A stretch of 52,085 nucleotides of DNA, counting the filler, from Jimgerdemannia flammicorona (taxonomy: Eukaryota): assembly GCA_003990765.1 (NCBI GenBank). It is 2 parts of 2 records of this genome, joined end to end, with 100 filler letters (N's around TTAATTAATTAA, not from the genome) between each part and the next. Parts side by side here need not be neighbours in the genome. Positions count along the whole stretch, not along the records: positions 1 to 25,993 come from RBNJ01000768.1; 1 more part is not named here. One strand, 5' to 3'. How positions within the stretch are numbered: the first letter of the stretch is position 1; each line of letters begins with the position of its first letter. Made by a program: the position numbers and the translations under genes. The notes under the pieces are model-generated. The model ran no database searches. It worked only from the letters and a program-made list of their open reading frames with translations, and was not told where the DNA came from. This document shows positions 12,545 to 24,418 of the stretch, piece after piece.

Positions 12545-14569
12545 CTACTGCTCCATGCTCATCTCCTCCTGTGCCCTGTCCAAATTATGTTCTGCAGCCA
12601 CCTCCTCTTCTTCAGCCCTCTGAGCCTCCAATCCAGCCAGTAGTTCATTCATCTCGCCATCGGCCTTCTCCTCAAACTCCTCTTGGTATTCGATGCATGC
12701 CTCCTGCCAGAGCTGTAGTCCATGTCACTTGTTCTAGCAGTATTCAGCTCTTTCTCCAGCAACAACTGCCATCTCCTCCTCCCTCTTCTTATCCACCTCA
12801 TATCCTTCCTCCTCCAGGTACACCGCAAGAATTTCTGCCTTCAATGCCTTCATCACACCATCTCTCTGCAGTATTCCGGCCCAGTGCTCATCACTCATCA
12901 CTCGCAAGTCCACTTCCCCCAACTCTTCTGCCGCCAGGTTATTCATCATCCGACACATCCAAAGCAAGTTCCCCACCTCTTTCCCCCCCGGAGTCACCAG
13001 CCTCTCTCCATCCAACATCGTGGTGTCAGCTCCAGCACTTGCAGACTCATCCCATACTTCCGGGACATCCACCAGTTCCTCCTCGCCATCTGCCTCCACC
13101 TGTCTCCCATATGCTACCTCTGGAACTCCGAATTGCACCTGCTGGGCCCCTCGCATTGGAACATCTTCCACCACCCTATTCCGGGAAGCCGGGCCATGTC
13201 TGATGAGAGGGGTAGGGGTAGGGGAATCCACCCAGTCCTCCTCCCACACCTCCAGTATACCATCTGCATACAGGTCCTCCCCCGCCTTCTTCTTGTCCTC
13301 CCCCACCTCCTTCTTGTCCTTCCCTTCCCTCTCGCCAGCCCAGACACTCGCTCCAGCTCCCCCTGAACCCTTCACCTTGCTCGCCTCCCCCAGCGGTCCA
13401 CTATCCAGCTTGGCCAACAACTCCTTCTGCCTCCTGCGCCCCTGAGCCCTTTCCCACTACTCCTTGGTCACTTGAATCCGCTTTCCATCCACCACCTCCA
13501 AGTGTATTGCCTCTTCAAAAGCCTCCCAAGCCTTCGCTCGCCTCTCCACAGCCCCTCCAAGCTCCTCAAGTGCTTCCAGTAAATCCTCCTCCTCTTCCTC
13601 ACTCCCCTTCACCCTTGTCACCTTACACAGGATCGCTCCCCAGACCATCACGGAAGGCCAATCCCTTGCCTTCCCAGTGGCTTCCTTCCCAGCCAGCCGA
13701 ATTCTCACATCCACGTTACCAGTCCTGAGTGAGGTCCCCTCCCAGACCCTGAACCCGATATCAACCACCTCACCATATTCTGCCATGAAATCCTCAACCC
13801 TCTTCCTTGTCTCCATTGCTGTCACCATCGGCACTCCCTTCACCAACAGTTGAACCACCCTGGGGTCCCACTTCAAGCACCGCACCATAGGAACACATAC
13901 CTCCCCAACCACCAATCTAACCTTCAGTGCCTCCTCCAGTGGTGCTGCCTCCTCAAAGCCCACCTCCACTCCTTCCAGTCCCTTCAAAAACTTCACAGAT
14001 GCTGCACCTGCCACCTGCTTAGCGATGAGCCCAAGCACCATTTTTGCTGTCACCGCCAGGCCCCGGAAGCATAGTGTGACCGCGAATGCCAAAATCGATT
14101 TCTTGAGTAACGGAGCCACTGCCAGACCTGTTACACCATCTGCCAAGTCCCCTTGCCTTCTAAGCCTCAGCCACTCAGCCTCGCCATCAGCCGTTACATC
14201 TGGATTTTTTTCCAGATCGACAGTCCCAACACCATCAGCAGTCACACCCCCCCCAGCCACTACTCCCTTAGCTCCACTGCCCCCCCTTCCAAGGGCCGCA
14301 CCCCCTGGCACTGTCTCCTTCTCGGTCCCCTTGCCCTTCTTCAGCCAGCCCTCCAGCCCCAACGCCTGCTGCCTCCCCTTCACCATCTCCGCGAAGCTTG
14401 CCCTCCCAGATCCTGATCCTCCACCACCTCCTCCTCCCCTTCCATGTCCACCCGCCAGCAGGCCCCTCATACCGCCCCCCAGGCCTGGCCCCCTCCCCAC
14501 CTGCTGCCAGTCAAAAGTGCTAGGGCCACCCTGCCCAGTATGCACCTCAGGTTGTCTGTCGGTTGCCAT
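12545..14569 (-). pseudogene. LINE ORF1 (~674 codons; Gly-rich N-terminus, probable RRM-like middle, acidic C-terminus)
   Basis: 13457-14569 and 12734-13420 are in frame and continue to TAG 12545-12547. ORF1 is in the same frame as ORF2 with an 11-codon spacer. Confidence 0.85.
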
Positions 14570-15254
14570 GTTGTTAGTCTCTTTTTGCTGAAAACGTTAT
14601 CGAAAGTGCCTTCCAAAGGTTGTGTAACCTGAATGGTACTGGAAAGAGATGGATACCTAGTTGACAACCTCAAGTACAGACCATCTACAAAGCTGAACAG
14701 CAAGTTCATTGGACCATTTGAAGTTATTGTACAAGTCTCTCTAACCTTCTACAAACTGGTACTACCAGATACCATTAAGATTCACCCAGTCTTTAATGTT
14801 CAACATCTCAAGTGATATAATGAGAATAATGATAAGCTATTTCCAAACTGGACCACCAAACCACCTGCACCTGTCATTATTAATGACTAAGAAGAGTATG
14901 AAGTTGAACAAATCCTCAACAAACATAGCAATAAGAGCTACCCTGAATACCTTGTCAAATGGAAAGGTTACCTGATCCACGATACAACCTGGGAACCCAA
15001 GACCAATCTCCAGAATGCTACCAACTTAGTTCAGGAATATGATTCCTTGAACAACTAGAATCAAATACTCTGCACCTATCCATACATACTATATACTATC
15101 CTCCCGAACATTATAATTATTGCAAACCAAACCAAGAACTCAGCAAAACAAGACAAGAATACTGACTCTCTGGAAAAAGGGCGAAACTAAAAGCAAGCCT
15201 ATTCTCTCTATATCACTGGAAAATTAGAAGGCCCTGACAAGGACGTCGAAAGCT

Positions 15255-15267
15255 AAGAAGGGGAGAG
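15255..15267 (+). promoter_or_regulatory. Polypurine tract of element A
   Basis: AAGAAGGGGAGAG immediately before the 3' LTR. Identical in element B at about 22915-22927. Confidence 0.9.
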
Positions 15268-15268
15268 T

Positions 15269-17328
15269 TGTAAGCACACAATCCCCAAGCCACCAAAATT
15301 ATATGTCACCCTCTGAACAAGCCACTGAAATCACACATGACCCTGAACAAATCTGGAAATCACCTGCTTGATCATGAAGCTGAGTCAAACCAAAGTCACA
15401 GCGCACAAAGCTGAGTCAATACGAAGTCACAGAACACAAGATTTACACAAACGGAATCTTACCAATCAGGACTAAATGCATATATACCAAGCACTGAGAT
15501 GTGTCAAATCAGAGAACCAAAACAAACAATAACTACAACTTCCAAATATACAAACATGACTACTGAGATCTACAACTGTATCTATGCTGACATTTGAAAT
15601 ACCATTGTCAACCGAGCTATACCCCCTCTGCCCTTTATGAATATCCATAGCCTAGCACCCCTCTACTTCATGGAAGCCCAATGGAATGCTCTGAACATGC
15701 TTAGCAAGGTCCACTGAATCAGACAAATCTCAAGCTACTACCAGATCAGCCACCTCCTGGAAGACATGGTTGAACACCATCATGATATAGACATTACCCA
15801 GATGTCTCAACACCAGAAGCTCATCGCCCACAAACATCGAGAACTTTTCTATGAGTATAGCACCTTTATTCCCCACCTCCAAGTTACTACCAGCGAAATG
15901 GTTGCTACCCTATCCTATGGCCAAATCGATGACATGATACAGGAACTCAACCAGAAGTATCTCGAGTATGTTAAAACTACAGACAGAACCTTCCCACACT
16001 CCAATGATCATATCCTGCAAATGCCCCAAGTTAGATATGCCATAAAAGACATCTACGATATAATCTACTTTGATGAAGACAAAGCAGAAGACAATGATCC
16101 CTCTGATGCTGACATGACCTCAAGCCAAGGATCTCTACCAACCCTGATCACTCTGCCAACCTTGCCAATGAACTTACAACAGTTCATAACAACATACGAG
16201 ACTTATTGGGACAATGACCACTAGCATGAATACCAACTCACATTCATCCCTGATTACTTTAACTACAATGAAGAGACCAGAGAACACAACCTGTACCTTC
16301 AGACAACTCTCGAGATCAAACCAACCACTCCACCACCCGAGTACGAGTGACATGAACCACAGCCACCAGCTTACTATAACTCTGTGACTCATAGTGCTGT
16401 AACCTACAGAAGATATGCAGACAGTGAATCTGATGAAAGTGAAAATGATGCACCCCTCCTTCGCCCACCAATACCTTATTCAGCATATGAGACTGATGAT
16501 GTCATCTTGTGGGATGGAGATGAAGTTCCAATGTATTATTACCTCAGTAAACAAGGAGAAGTAATCCGTGAACCACTCTTCTTAGATGACTACTTCATTA
16601 GAGATGATGCAATCGATGGTGATGTTATCAAAGACTACCCAGACAGCGCCTAAACCCATAAATAGCCTAGCAGTCATAGTATAGTTAGATTAGCATTGTG
16701 CAACATGACTGTGAACTGACTCAGCAGTCAGACGATCTCTTGATATGTCAGATCACACTTGTACTATATGACTGCATTCCGACTCAGCAAGGCACTTAGT
16801 GCTATATCCATATCTAGCATAGTCCAGATAGCCCCTCACTAGTATAAATACCCCCCCCCCAGACCTCAGAATCTCAGACTCGAACACACAAGAACATTTC
16901 TGAATACTTCCCCACAATATCCCCTCACACAACTACTCCTAGTATAGTAATATCATAAATAGCAAATAAACCTATTCAATAACCCACAACCCACTCTTAA
17001 GTAAATCCACTCTCTGTTAGGTTCTACTCCTAACTCTATTACGAAATTTCCTAATTGGGTATTATCTGCAGTGATACGCCAATTCAACTAAGCTGGTCTT
17101 AGTTTCTTGAACTTCCTGAAATATGGAAAATCCTGAATATCTAGAACTAGTCTGAAAAAGGACTTTGGTTGAGACATCAACCTGATCTTGAAATCAATAA
17201 GCGTAGAGGACGTATTCCATACAAAATTGATCTTGACCATAAGAAAACAATCTTCCAGAATATCCAGAACCTCTAGAAAACTCTTCCAGAACTATGTAAC
17301 GGTTACCCTAAAAAGCAACCCTCTTACA
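15269..17328 (+). repeat. Element A 3' LTR
   Basis: Direct repeat of 1019-3067, followed by TSD ATTTC. Confidence 0.96.
15556..16653 (+). pseudogene. Second copy of the LTR-encoded accessory ORF (~365 codons)
   Basis: Same frame throughout. Differs from the 5' copy mostly by transitions, plus one in-frame 9-bp indel. Confidence 0.8.
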
Positions 17329-17559
17329 ATTTCCCCACACCAAAAGCCTTTCTATTTCTAAAATTGCTCTTTGGCATGTCCTGCTCATTGCCCACATCAT
17401 CACCAGCCCAACTCTCACCAACATTGATGTGGAACTATAAGCCTGGCTCCAATTAAAAGTTGTCCTCATTATTTTCAGGTTCTTGCATAACAGCCTTGGT
17501 TTTGGCAATCTGTGGGAAGTAGTGACTAAAAATCAAAAGAGGTGCATTCTCTTAACTAT

Positions 17560-18433
17560 TGTAAAAAAAATATAGATAGGAGTATTCTTACATATCTCTT
17601 CTTGGGCGTCAAGTGTTCCTGCACCTGCCCGGTCAGTATCATGGTTTCGGTATTGAACATCTCCTTCCTTTATCTGCTTATATCGAGATACCATAGAGTG
17701 TAGTATTTTCTGCATTGACATAAAAAACACATTAATAATGTAATCCAAATTAAATCAATGAGCCAGAGGGATTCCACTGACCTTGGTTTGAAGCATTATA
17801 CGAGCCACTTTGATGACCTCGCCGATTTCGCCATATGACTCAGGAATGTCAAAATTGGCCAACTTCACCGACATGTAAAATCCAGTACCTATATAGATAA
17901 CAAGTAAGACATGAATAGAAAATGAAGAAGATATAAAGCCCGGCATGAGGAGTTTTGGGCTTGCATGTAGGACTTTTTTTAGAAAGTGCCCTGCCACCAG
18001 CTGCTGTGATCATTTCCATCAAAGATTGGTGCATATCACATAGAGTTTTCTGCACTCTGAGTGTATTCGAAAGCACCTTTTTGTCATTTGAAATCCTTGA
18101 GCCTGCTCATTCACATAAAGAGAACTCTCGTCTCCATGGCAGCTCTTTTCCAAGATCGTGACGCTGTGAACGAGAATTCTATAAGTGAATTATTCTGATA
18201 CCGATAGCAAAAAAAACCCCACAGAAACCATACTGTAAAGAACCAAATATGATATCCCTCAGCATTTTCACAGCTGTCCTATGCACTGGTTCGGCATTCA
18301 CAGGATGCCCGAGATACAACCTCACCACTAATTTGATCAATTGTAAGTAATTAATCACAGCAGTGGCAAATATAATAATAATAAACAACTTACAAGTGGC
18401 TATCTACTATACTATCCATGCAAGAAAACACAT
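17560..18433 (-). pseudogene. 3' part of an intron-containing host hypothetical-protein gene (resembles a multicopy Mucoromycota/Glomeromycotina family, possibly nuclease-like), disrupted
   Basis: Spliced reading ...DSHF|GEVVSRAS...AEGYHIWFFT|RHDLGKELPWRREFSLCE*AGS...LSNTLRVQKTL...LLMPGFISS...YIGTGFY...FDIPESYGEIGEVIKVARIMLQTK. GT-AG introns, e.g. 18328-18393. Stops and a frameshift present. Family assignment is from recall, and the 3' end is approximate. Confidence 0.6.
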
Positions 18434-19639
18434 ATCAAAAGGTTCATGAACTGCACTTATCAACTCAAGACTAAGATATACTGTGACTATACAAGATCTC
18501 ATTACTTAGCAGAAGCAAAACGCATTTGAACAACTCTATTTGCTTTATCTGTGTCACCTCTATTGGAGAGTGACAGACGCTTCATCTGAACTCAAGAAAG
18601 CCGACAACATTGAAACCAATCTCAAGCCATCCACGTGATAGATATTACTACTAGAAATTGCCTCAGATTACAGAAAATATCATTTCCGAGAGGTTCGAAC
18701 CCCCAGCCACGACATTGGGAGCCCTCGCCCTAGACAAGAATGGCCAGTCCTCGCAAATGCATCAGCAGACCAAAAAAAAAGAGAACCAAGACCTGTTATC
18801 CTTGTACAACCACCGCCACCAAGGATAGCCTTAATCTTGCAAGAGATAGAAGTGACGATATCTTGAAACTGATGAGGTCAGAAGTCAGAAAACTGCTCAG
18901 ACTTTGCCAGCGATGATGTCATCAATAGTGATGTCATCAAGGACTAACCAGACAGTGCCTAAATCTATAAATAGCCTAGCAGTCATAGTATAGTTAGATT
19001 AGCCTTGTATGACGTGACTGTGAACTGACTCAGCAGTCAGATGATCTCTTGACATATCAGATCACACTTGTACTATGTGACTGCATTCTGACTCAGCAAG
19101 ACACTTAGTGCTACATCCATATTTAGTATAGTCCAGATAGCCCCTCACTAGTATAAATACCCCCTCCCCCAGACCTCAGAATCTCAGACTTGAACAATCT
19201 GAATACAACTCTTGAGCACTTCCTCACAATATCCCTTTACACAATACTCCTAGTATAGCAATATCATGAATAGCAAATAAACCTATTTCATAACCCACAA
19301 ACCACTCTTAAGTAAATCCGCTCCCTGTTAGGTTCTACTCCTAACCCCATCACGAAATTTCCTAATTGGGTATTGTCTGCAGCGATATGCCAATTCAACT
19401 AAGCTAGTCTTAGTTTTTTGAACTTTCTGAAATACGGAAAATCCTGAACATCTAGAACTAGTCCGAAAAAGGACTTTGGTTGAGATGTCAATCCAATCTT
19501 AAAATCAATAAGCGTAGAGGACGTACTCCATATGAAATTGATCTTGACCATAAGAAAACAGTCTTCCAGAATATCCAGAATATCCAGAAAACCCTTCCAG
19601 AACTACATAACGGTCACCCTAAAAAGTAACCCTCTTATA
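18434..19639 (+). repeat. Element B 5' LTR, 5'-truncated
   Basis: Matches 23213-24418. Confidence 0.92.
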
Positions 19640-20605
19640 ACTTGGTAGCAGTAGTTTACAATCCAATTCCGCTTCAAGACACTTCCTCACCCGACTACAA
19701 ACCCTTCTGCGAATTCCTACAAGTTAGTATAAAGCCCAACCTCTGAACTGGAATTTATCCTGAACCATCTGACAATCTGGAGAGAATTGAACCTGACGTA
19801 CAAGGACAATTTGACCTCCACACCTGCAACAAGTGGGATAAACTTCATTCAAAGAAAGAAGTACTCAAGTTAAACCAGCAAATAGGCAAAACCCTTTTTA
19901 CCGAACTCCTTGCACTACACCCAGCAAGTCAAGATGAAGAAGGTCTTATTGAAGCCTTCTTTACTCTTCTCAACAAGAGTTTTGTCAGCTCCACAAATCC
20001 GAGTGACCTAGGATAACCAGCAGCAGTCTTTCTAGCCTTAGTTCCTCATGAAGCCCAAGCCTCTGTAGCTAAGTGGCTCAACTCTACCGACTTTCACCAC
20101 ACCAGGACTAAGACTGCATTATATGTACTACCGATTCCAGAACAGCAAGGCCCGCCATATTCTTAAGGAAGAAGCAAGAGAAACCCTTCACCAACTACCT
20201 GACCCCGAACCTGAAGCAGGCCCTGCTACAGCCCTACCTGAATCTGAAACCAATACCGAACCTGAACTTGACTTTGAATTAAGTTCATCTGAAATCAGAT
20301 ATACAACTGATTCTGTCTACTTTGACGCTGAGCAAACCCAATTACACAGGGACCAAACCGAAGAAGAGGAGGAGTATCTCACCGAATTCGATCCCGGATA
20401 CACCACTGAAGGAGATACATGCCCATCAGGACAGAATACACCTACACAGCAACAAACAGTTATCTATCAAGCCCTCACTCCAGACCCACAACTACTACTC
20501 CAGCAGCTTACACAGACTCAAAGAACCCCATCACACTCTGCACCAGTACCTCAAGTAGTACCAGTAACACCACTACCAGCAGTCCAACCGCCTCCAGCAA
20601 TCAAC

Positions 20606-22848
20606 ATGGCAAACCAACAGATTCTTGACCTCATAGCCCAAGTAGCTATAATGGCAGCAACTATCACTGCCTTAGCTGAACAGACCTGACCTACCAAAAG
20701 TCTGAGCCTACCTACCTTCAATAGCACTGCACAAGAAGTCCAAAACTTCATTAGTATAGTTGACACCAACTTCGAAGCCAATCAATGGACTAATGAGCGA
20801 GTTGCTGACCGCGTTCTAATAAACAATCAAGACCACACCCTGGAACAACTCTTTGCTACAACTACAGCCTATGTCTACTGAGTTGTTACATTCTTCTGAG
20901 GACCTGCTGAAGAATGGTGGCATACCCTTCCTAAAAAACCCCTCACATGGGATACCCGACCTGCAGTAGTTGCCCAGAATGCAGCAAACAATGCCCCAAG
21001 ATACGGAGCCCATCCTGCAGCCCCTGGACTCAAATAACTCATGATTGCTCAATACCGCAGCGAAACCATGATTGCTGAATCTCGAGTAAAACTCTGCAAC
21101 CTCAAATTTGATGTATATAGCAAGGAAGAATTCAAAACCTTCTGTACAAAACTCAAGTCACTCCTGAACACTGTTGGCCTAGGATACATTGTCAATGATG
21201 AAGCATGAAATAGTACAAGAGCAGACCACTTATTCGATGCCCTGCCTGAATGGCTTACTAGAAAAATCCAAGAACAAGACTGCCCGGTTGGTTGTGATCA
21301 CCAACAATGGTATCTGGCAAGAATCAAAACCATGGTCAAGCAAATCCTAACAGCTGGACCAATTCTGCCCCGAAGGCAATTCAACAACAAGGAAAAGACT
21401 TGGACCAAGAAAGAAGAACCCAAGCATGAAGCATCTCGAGCTCCCTCCACATCTACCTCTTGGACACCCAGAAATCATGAACCTACCCAGCCAAGTACCT
21501 TCAAGAAACTTACTGAAGGTGAAAGAAATGAACTTCGAAGAAGCGGAGTATGCTTCTATTGCTGAAAGACAGGACACATGGCCAGTGCCTGCCCCAACCG
21601 AAGACCCCGAACAGCAACATGAGCAACTGTTACCACTCTTCACCACCTCAACAACCTGACCACCAGAACACTAGACTTTGTCAAGTTAAGACAAACTGCT
21701 AAGGCCCCAACCAAAGGAAGTCAAAAAGCAGCTGGATATGACCTGTATGCAGCCGAAGAAGCTACAGTTTCCAACCGAGAAGTCAAACAAGTCTATACAG
21801 GAATCAGTATCCAAATCCCTGAAGGACATGTTGGAAGAATATGCTGTCGCTGCAGCCTAGCACTGAAAGGACTCTCAGTAGAAGGAGGAGTTATTGACGA
21901 GGATTATACAGGCGAAATTATTGTCCTCATTCGAAACCACAGTTGGACACCCTTCAAGATCCCTATTGGCTTCTGCATCACCCAGATCCTATTCGAAAAA
22001 ATTGAGTCAACCCTGATAGTCAAGGAAGTCCCTGAACTACTACCCACCATCTGAGGATCCAAAGAATTTGGCTCATCAAACAAAGCCCCAGCCCAACCTA
22101 CCATGAGCAAAAAAGAACAATTCTACAAGAAGATAGAAGATGGATATATACCAAGTGGCTGATGCCCTCATGGTATTGGAATGTACTCTTCCCGAATGAT
22201 TGATGATTGCTTCTCTTGTGTCAACAAACTGGCTCAAAGAAGAACCAACAGAAGAAAGGCTCCTACAACTGAAATCACCACAATTGGATCAGACAAACTG
22301 CTCACCCTTAAAGCTTTTGTCAATGGAGCACCTGTCAAGATTATGATAGACAGTGGTGCCTCAGGCAACTTCATTAATGAGGAAACAGCCAACAGACTCA
22401 AGGTCTTCACCTCTCCAGTACAGCAAACTCAAGCAGTTGCTACAGCTGATGGAACCTCACATGTTATTAGCAAAGAAGTCCACAATCTACCCTTCCGAAT
22501 TGGCGACTACCGAGTATATGTTACCCTCCAAATCGTACCACTTCCTGACAATGAAATCATCCTTGGGACTCCATGGTTAAAACAAGAGAACCCCATAATT
22601 GATTGGGTAAACCATTCTCTGACCATTAAGAAAGGACACCACAACTTCAAACTATAAGGTGAAAAGGACCCACTCAACTCTAGGAACCCTGGACCAAAGA
22701 TCACCCACATCAACAAGCTATAACTCAAGAAATTGGCCAAGAAATGTTCTCTCTTTGCCATCTCCATCTGACCATCCAAAGGAGAACCTGAGAACTCTGA
22801 AGAAGATTTTTCCAAAGTTGACAGCTGTGTCAGACCACTACTCCAGAA
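20606..22848 (+). pseudogene. Element B gag-dUTPase-protease remnant
   Basis: MANQQILDL start, CFYC knuckle, AAGYDLY dUTPase motif, DSGASGNF protease motif. Confidence 0.9.
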
Positions 22849-22928
22849 GAACCATCCAAATGGTACAATAACACCAGAACAAATTAGAAGGCCCCGACAA
22901 GGACGTCGAAAGCTAAGAAGGGGAGAGT

Positions 22929-24418
22929 TGTAAGCACACAACCTCCAAGCCACTAAAATCGCATGGTATCCTCAGAACTAATTTGGAAACCATATGCGAG
23001 ACTACAAAACAAGTTACTGAAGAGATCATCTGGTTACACAAATATGCCAGCAAGCACAAGAACTCACTACCAAGATACAAGAATACTAGAAGAAGTACTA
23101 CAACCATAAGACTGACTCTGAACCGCTATAGCTAGTTTAGTGTACCATACTATTACAAAAGAAACCGAAAGTACCAAACTCAAATCAAGACAAGAAGAAC
23201 CCTATCTCACCCATCAAAAGGTTCATGAACTGCACTTATCAACTTAAGACCAAGATATACTGTGACTATACAAGACCTCATTACTTAGCAGAAGCAAAAT
23301 GCATTTGAACAACTCTGTTCGCTTTATCTATGTCACCTCCGTTGGAGAGTGACGGACGCTTCATCTGAACTCAAGAAAGCTGACAACGTCGAAACTAATC
23401 TCAAGCCATCCATATGACAGATATTACTACTAGAAATTGCCTCAGATTACAGAAAATATCATTTCCGAGAGGTTCGAACCCCCAGCTGCGACATTGAGAG
23501 CCCTCACCCTAGACGAGAATGGCCAGTCCTCGCAAATGCACCAGCAGACCAAAAAAAAAGAGAACCAAGACCTGTTATCCTTGTACAACCACCGCCACCA
23601 AGGACAGCCTTAATCTTGCAAGAGATAGAAGTGATAACACCTTGAAACTGATGAGGTCAGAAGTCAGAAAACTGCTCAGACTTTGCCAGCGATGATGTCA
23701 TCAATAGTGATGTCATCAAGGACTAACCAGACAGTGCCTAAATCTATAAATAGCCTAGCAGTCATAGTATAGTTAGATTAGCCTTATATGACGTGACTGT
23801 GAACTGACTCAGCAGTCAGATGATCTCTTGATATGTCAGATCACACTTATACTACGTGACTGCATTCCGACTCAGCAAGGCACTTAGTGCTATATCCATA
23901 TTTAGCATAGTCCAGATAGCCCCTCACTAGTATAAATACCCCCTCCCCCAGATCTCAGAATCTCAGACTTGAACAATCTGAACACAACTTCTGAGCACTT
24001 TCTCACAATATCCCTTTATACAATACTCCTAGTATAGCAATATCATGAATAGCAAATAAACCTATTTCATAATCCACAAACCACTCTTAAGTAAATCCGC
24101 TCCCTGTTAGGTCCTACTCCTAACCCCGTCACGAAATTTCCTAATTGAGTATTGTCTGCAGCGATACGCCAATTCAACTAAGCTGGTCTTAGTTTCTTGA
24201 ACTTCCTGAAATACAGAAAATCCTGAACATCCAGAACTAGTCCGAAAAAGGACTTTGGTTGAGACGTCAATCCAATCTTAAAATCAATAAGCGTAGAGGA
24301 TGTACTCCATACAAAATTGATCTTGACCATAAGAAAACAGTCTTCCAGAACATCCAGAATATCCAGAAAACCCTTCCAGAACTACATAATGGTCACCCTA
24401 AAAAGTAACCCTCTTACA
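22929..24418 (+). repeat. Element B 3' LTR (~1.49 kb)
   Basis: TGTAAG...CTTACA following the PPT. The 3' ~730 bp is shared with the A LTRs. Confidence 0.95.

Larger units (their letters stand above)
8772..14650 (-). mobile_element. Full-length non-LTR retrotransposon (L1/Tx1-like LINE) nested in the element A integrase
   Basis: 16-bp TSD GGATACCTAGTTGACA at 8756-8771 and 14651-14666. Poly(A) tail (T-run 8772-8792) and AATAAA at 8813-8818. Two ORFs and an ~81-nt 5' UTR. Confidence 0.97.
4030..15058 (+). pseudogene. Element A gag-pol polyprotein (gag-CCHC, dUTPase, PR, RT, RNase H, integrase, chromodomain), with stops and split by the LINE
   Basis: CFYC-x4-H-x4-C at 4975-5016; dUTPase about 5095-5505; DSGA at 5773; YIDD at 6820; TDAS RNase H motif; integrase MDFIVQLP...; chromodomain EYEVEQIL...YLVKWKGY...TWEP at about 14893-15045. 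Confidence 0.95.
1019..17328 (+). mobile_element. Element A: full-length Ty3/Gypsy chromovirus LTR retrotransposon (inactive) containing a nested LINE
   Basis: TGTAAG...CTTACA LTRs at 1019-3067 and 15269-17328. 5-bp TSD ATTTC at 1014-1018 and 17329-17333. PBS, PPT and gag-pol motifs present. Confidence 0.97.
18434..24418 (+). mobile_element. Element B: non-autonomous derivative of family A (gag-dUTPase-PR only; RT/RH/IN deleted; different U3; 5' LTR truncated)
   Basis: Internal region is colinear with A up to 22848 (= A 6272), then jumps to the pre-PPT region. LTRs at 18434-19639 (missing first ~284 bp) and 22929-24418. PBS at 19643-19654. No TSD recoverable. Confidence 0.93.

Noticed and set aside
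8898..14632. Many plus-strand Pro/Ser-rich ORFs over the LINE
   Set aside because: Antisense shadows of the G-rich LINE ORFs with low-complexity translations.
18342..18394. 53-bp TGTAAG...CTTACA segment resembling a mini-LTR or the start of element B
   Set aside because: It coincides with a minus-strand GT-AG intron (18328-18393) of the host gene, has no TSD, and has no similarity to the LTR beyond 6 bp.
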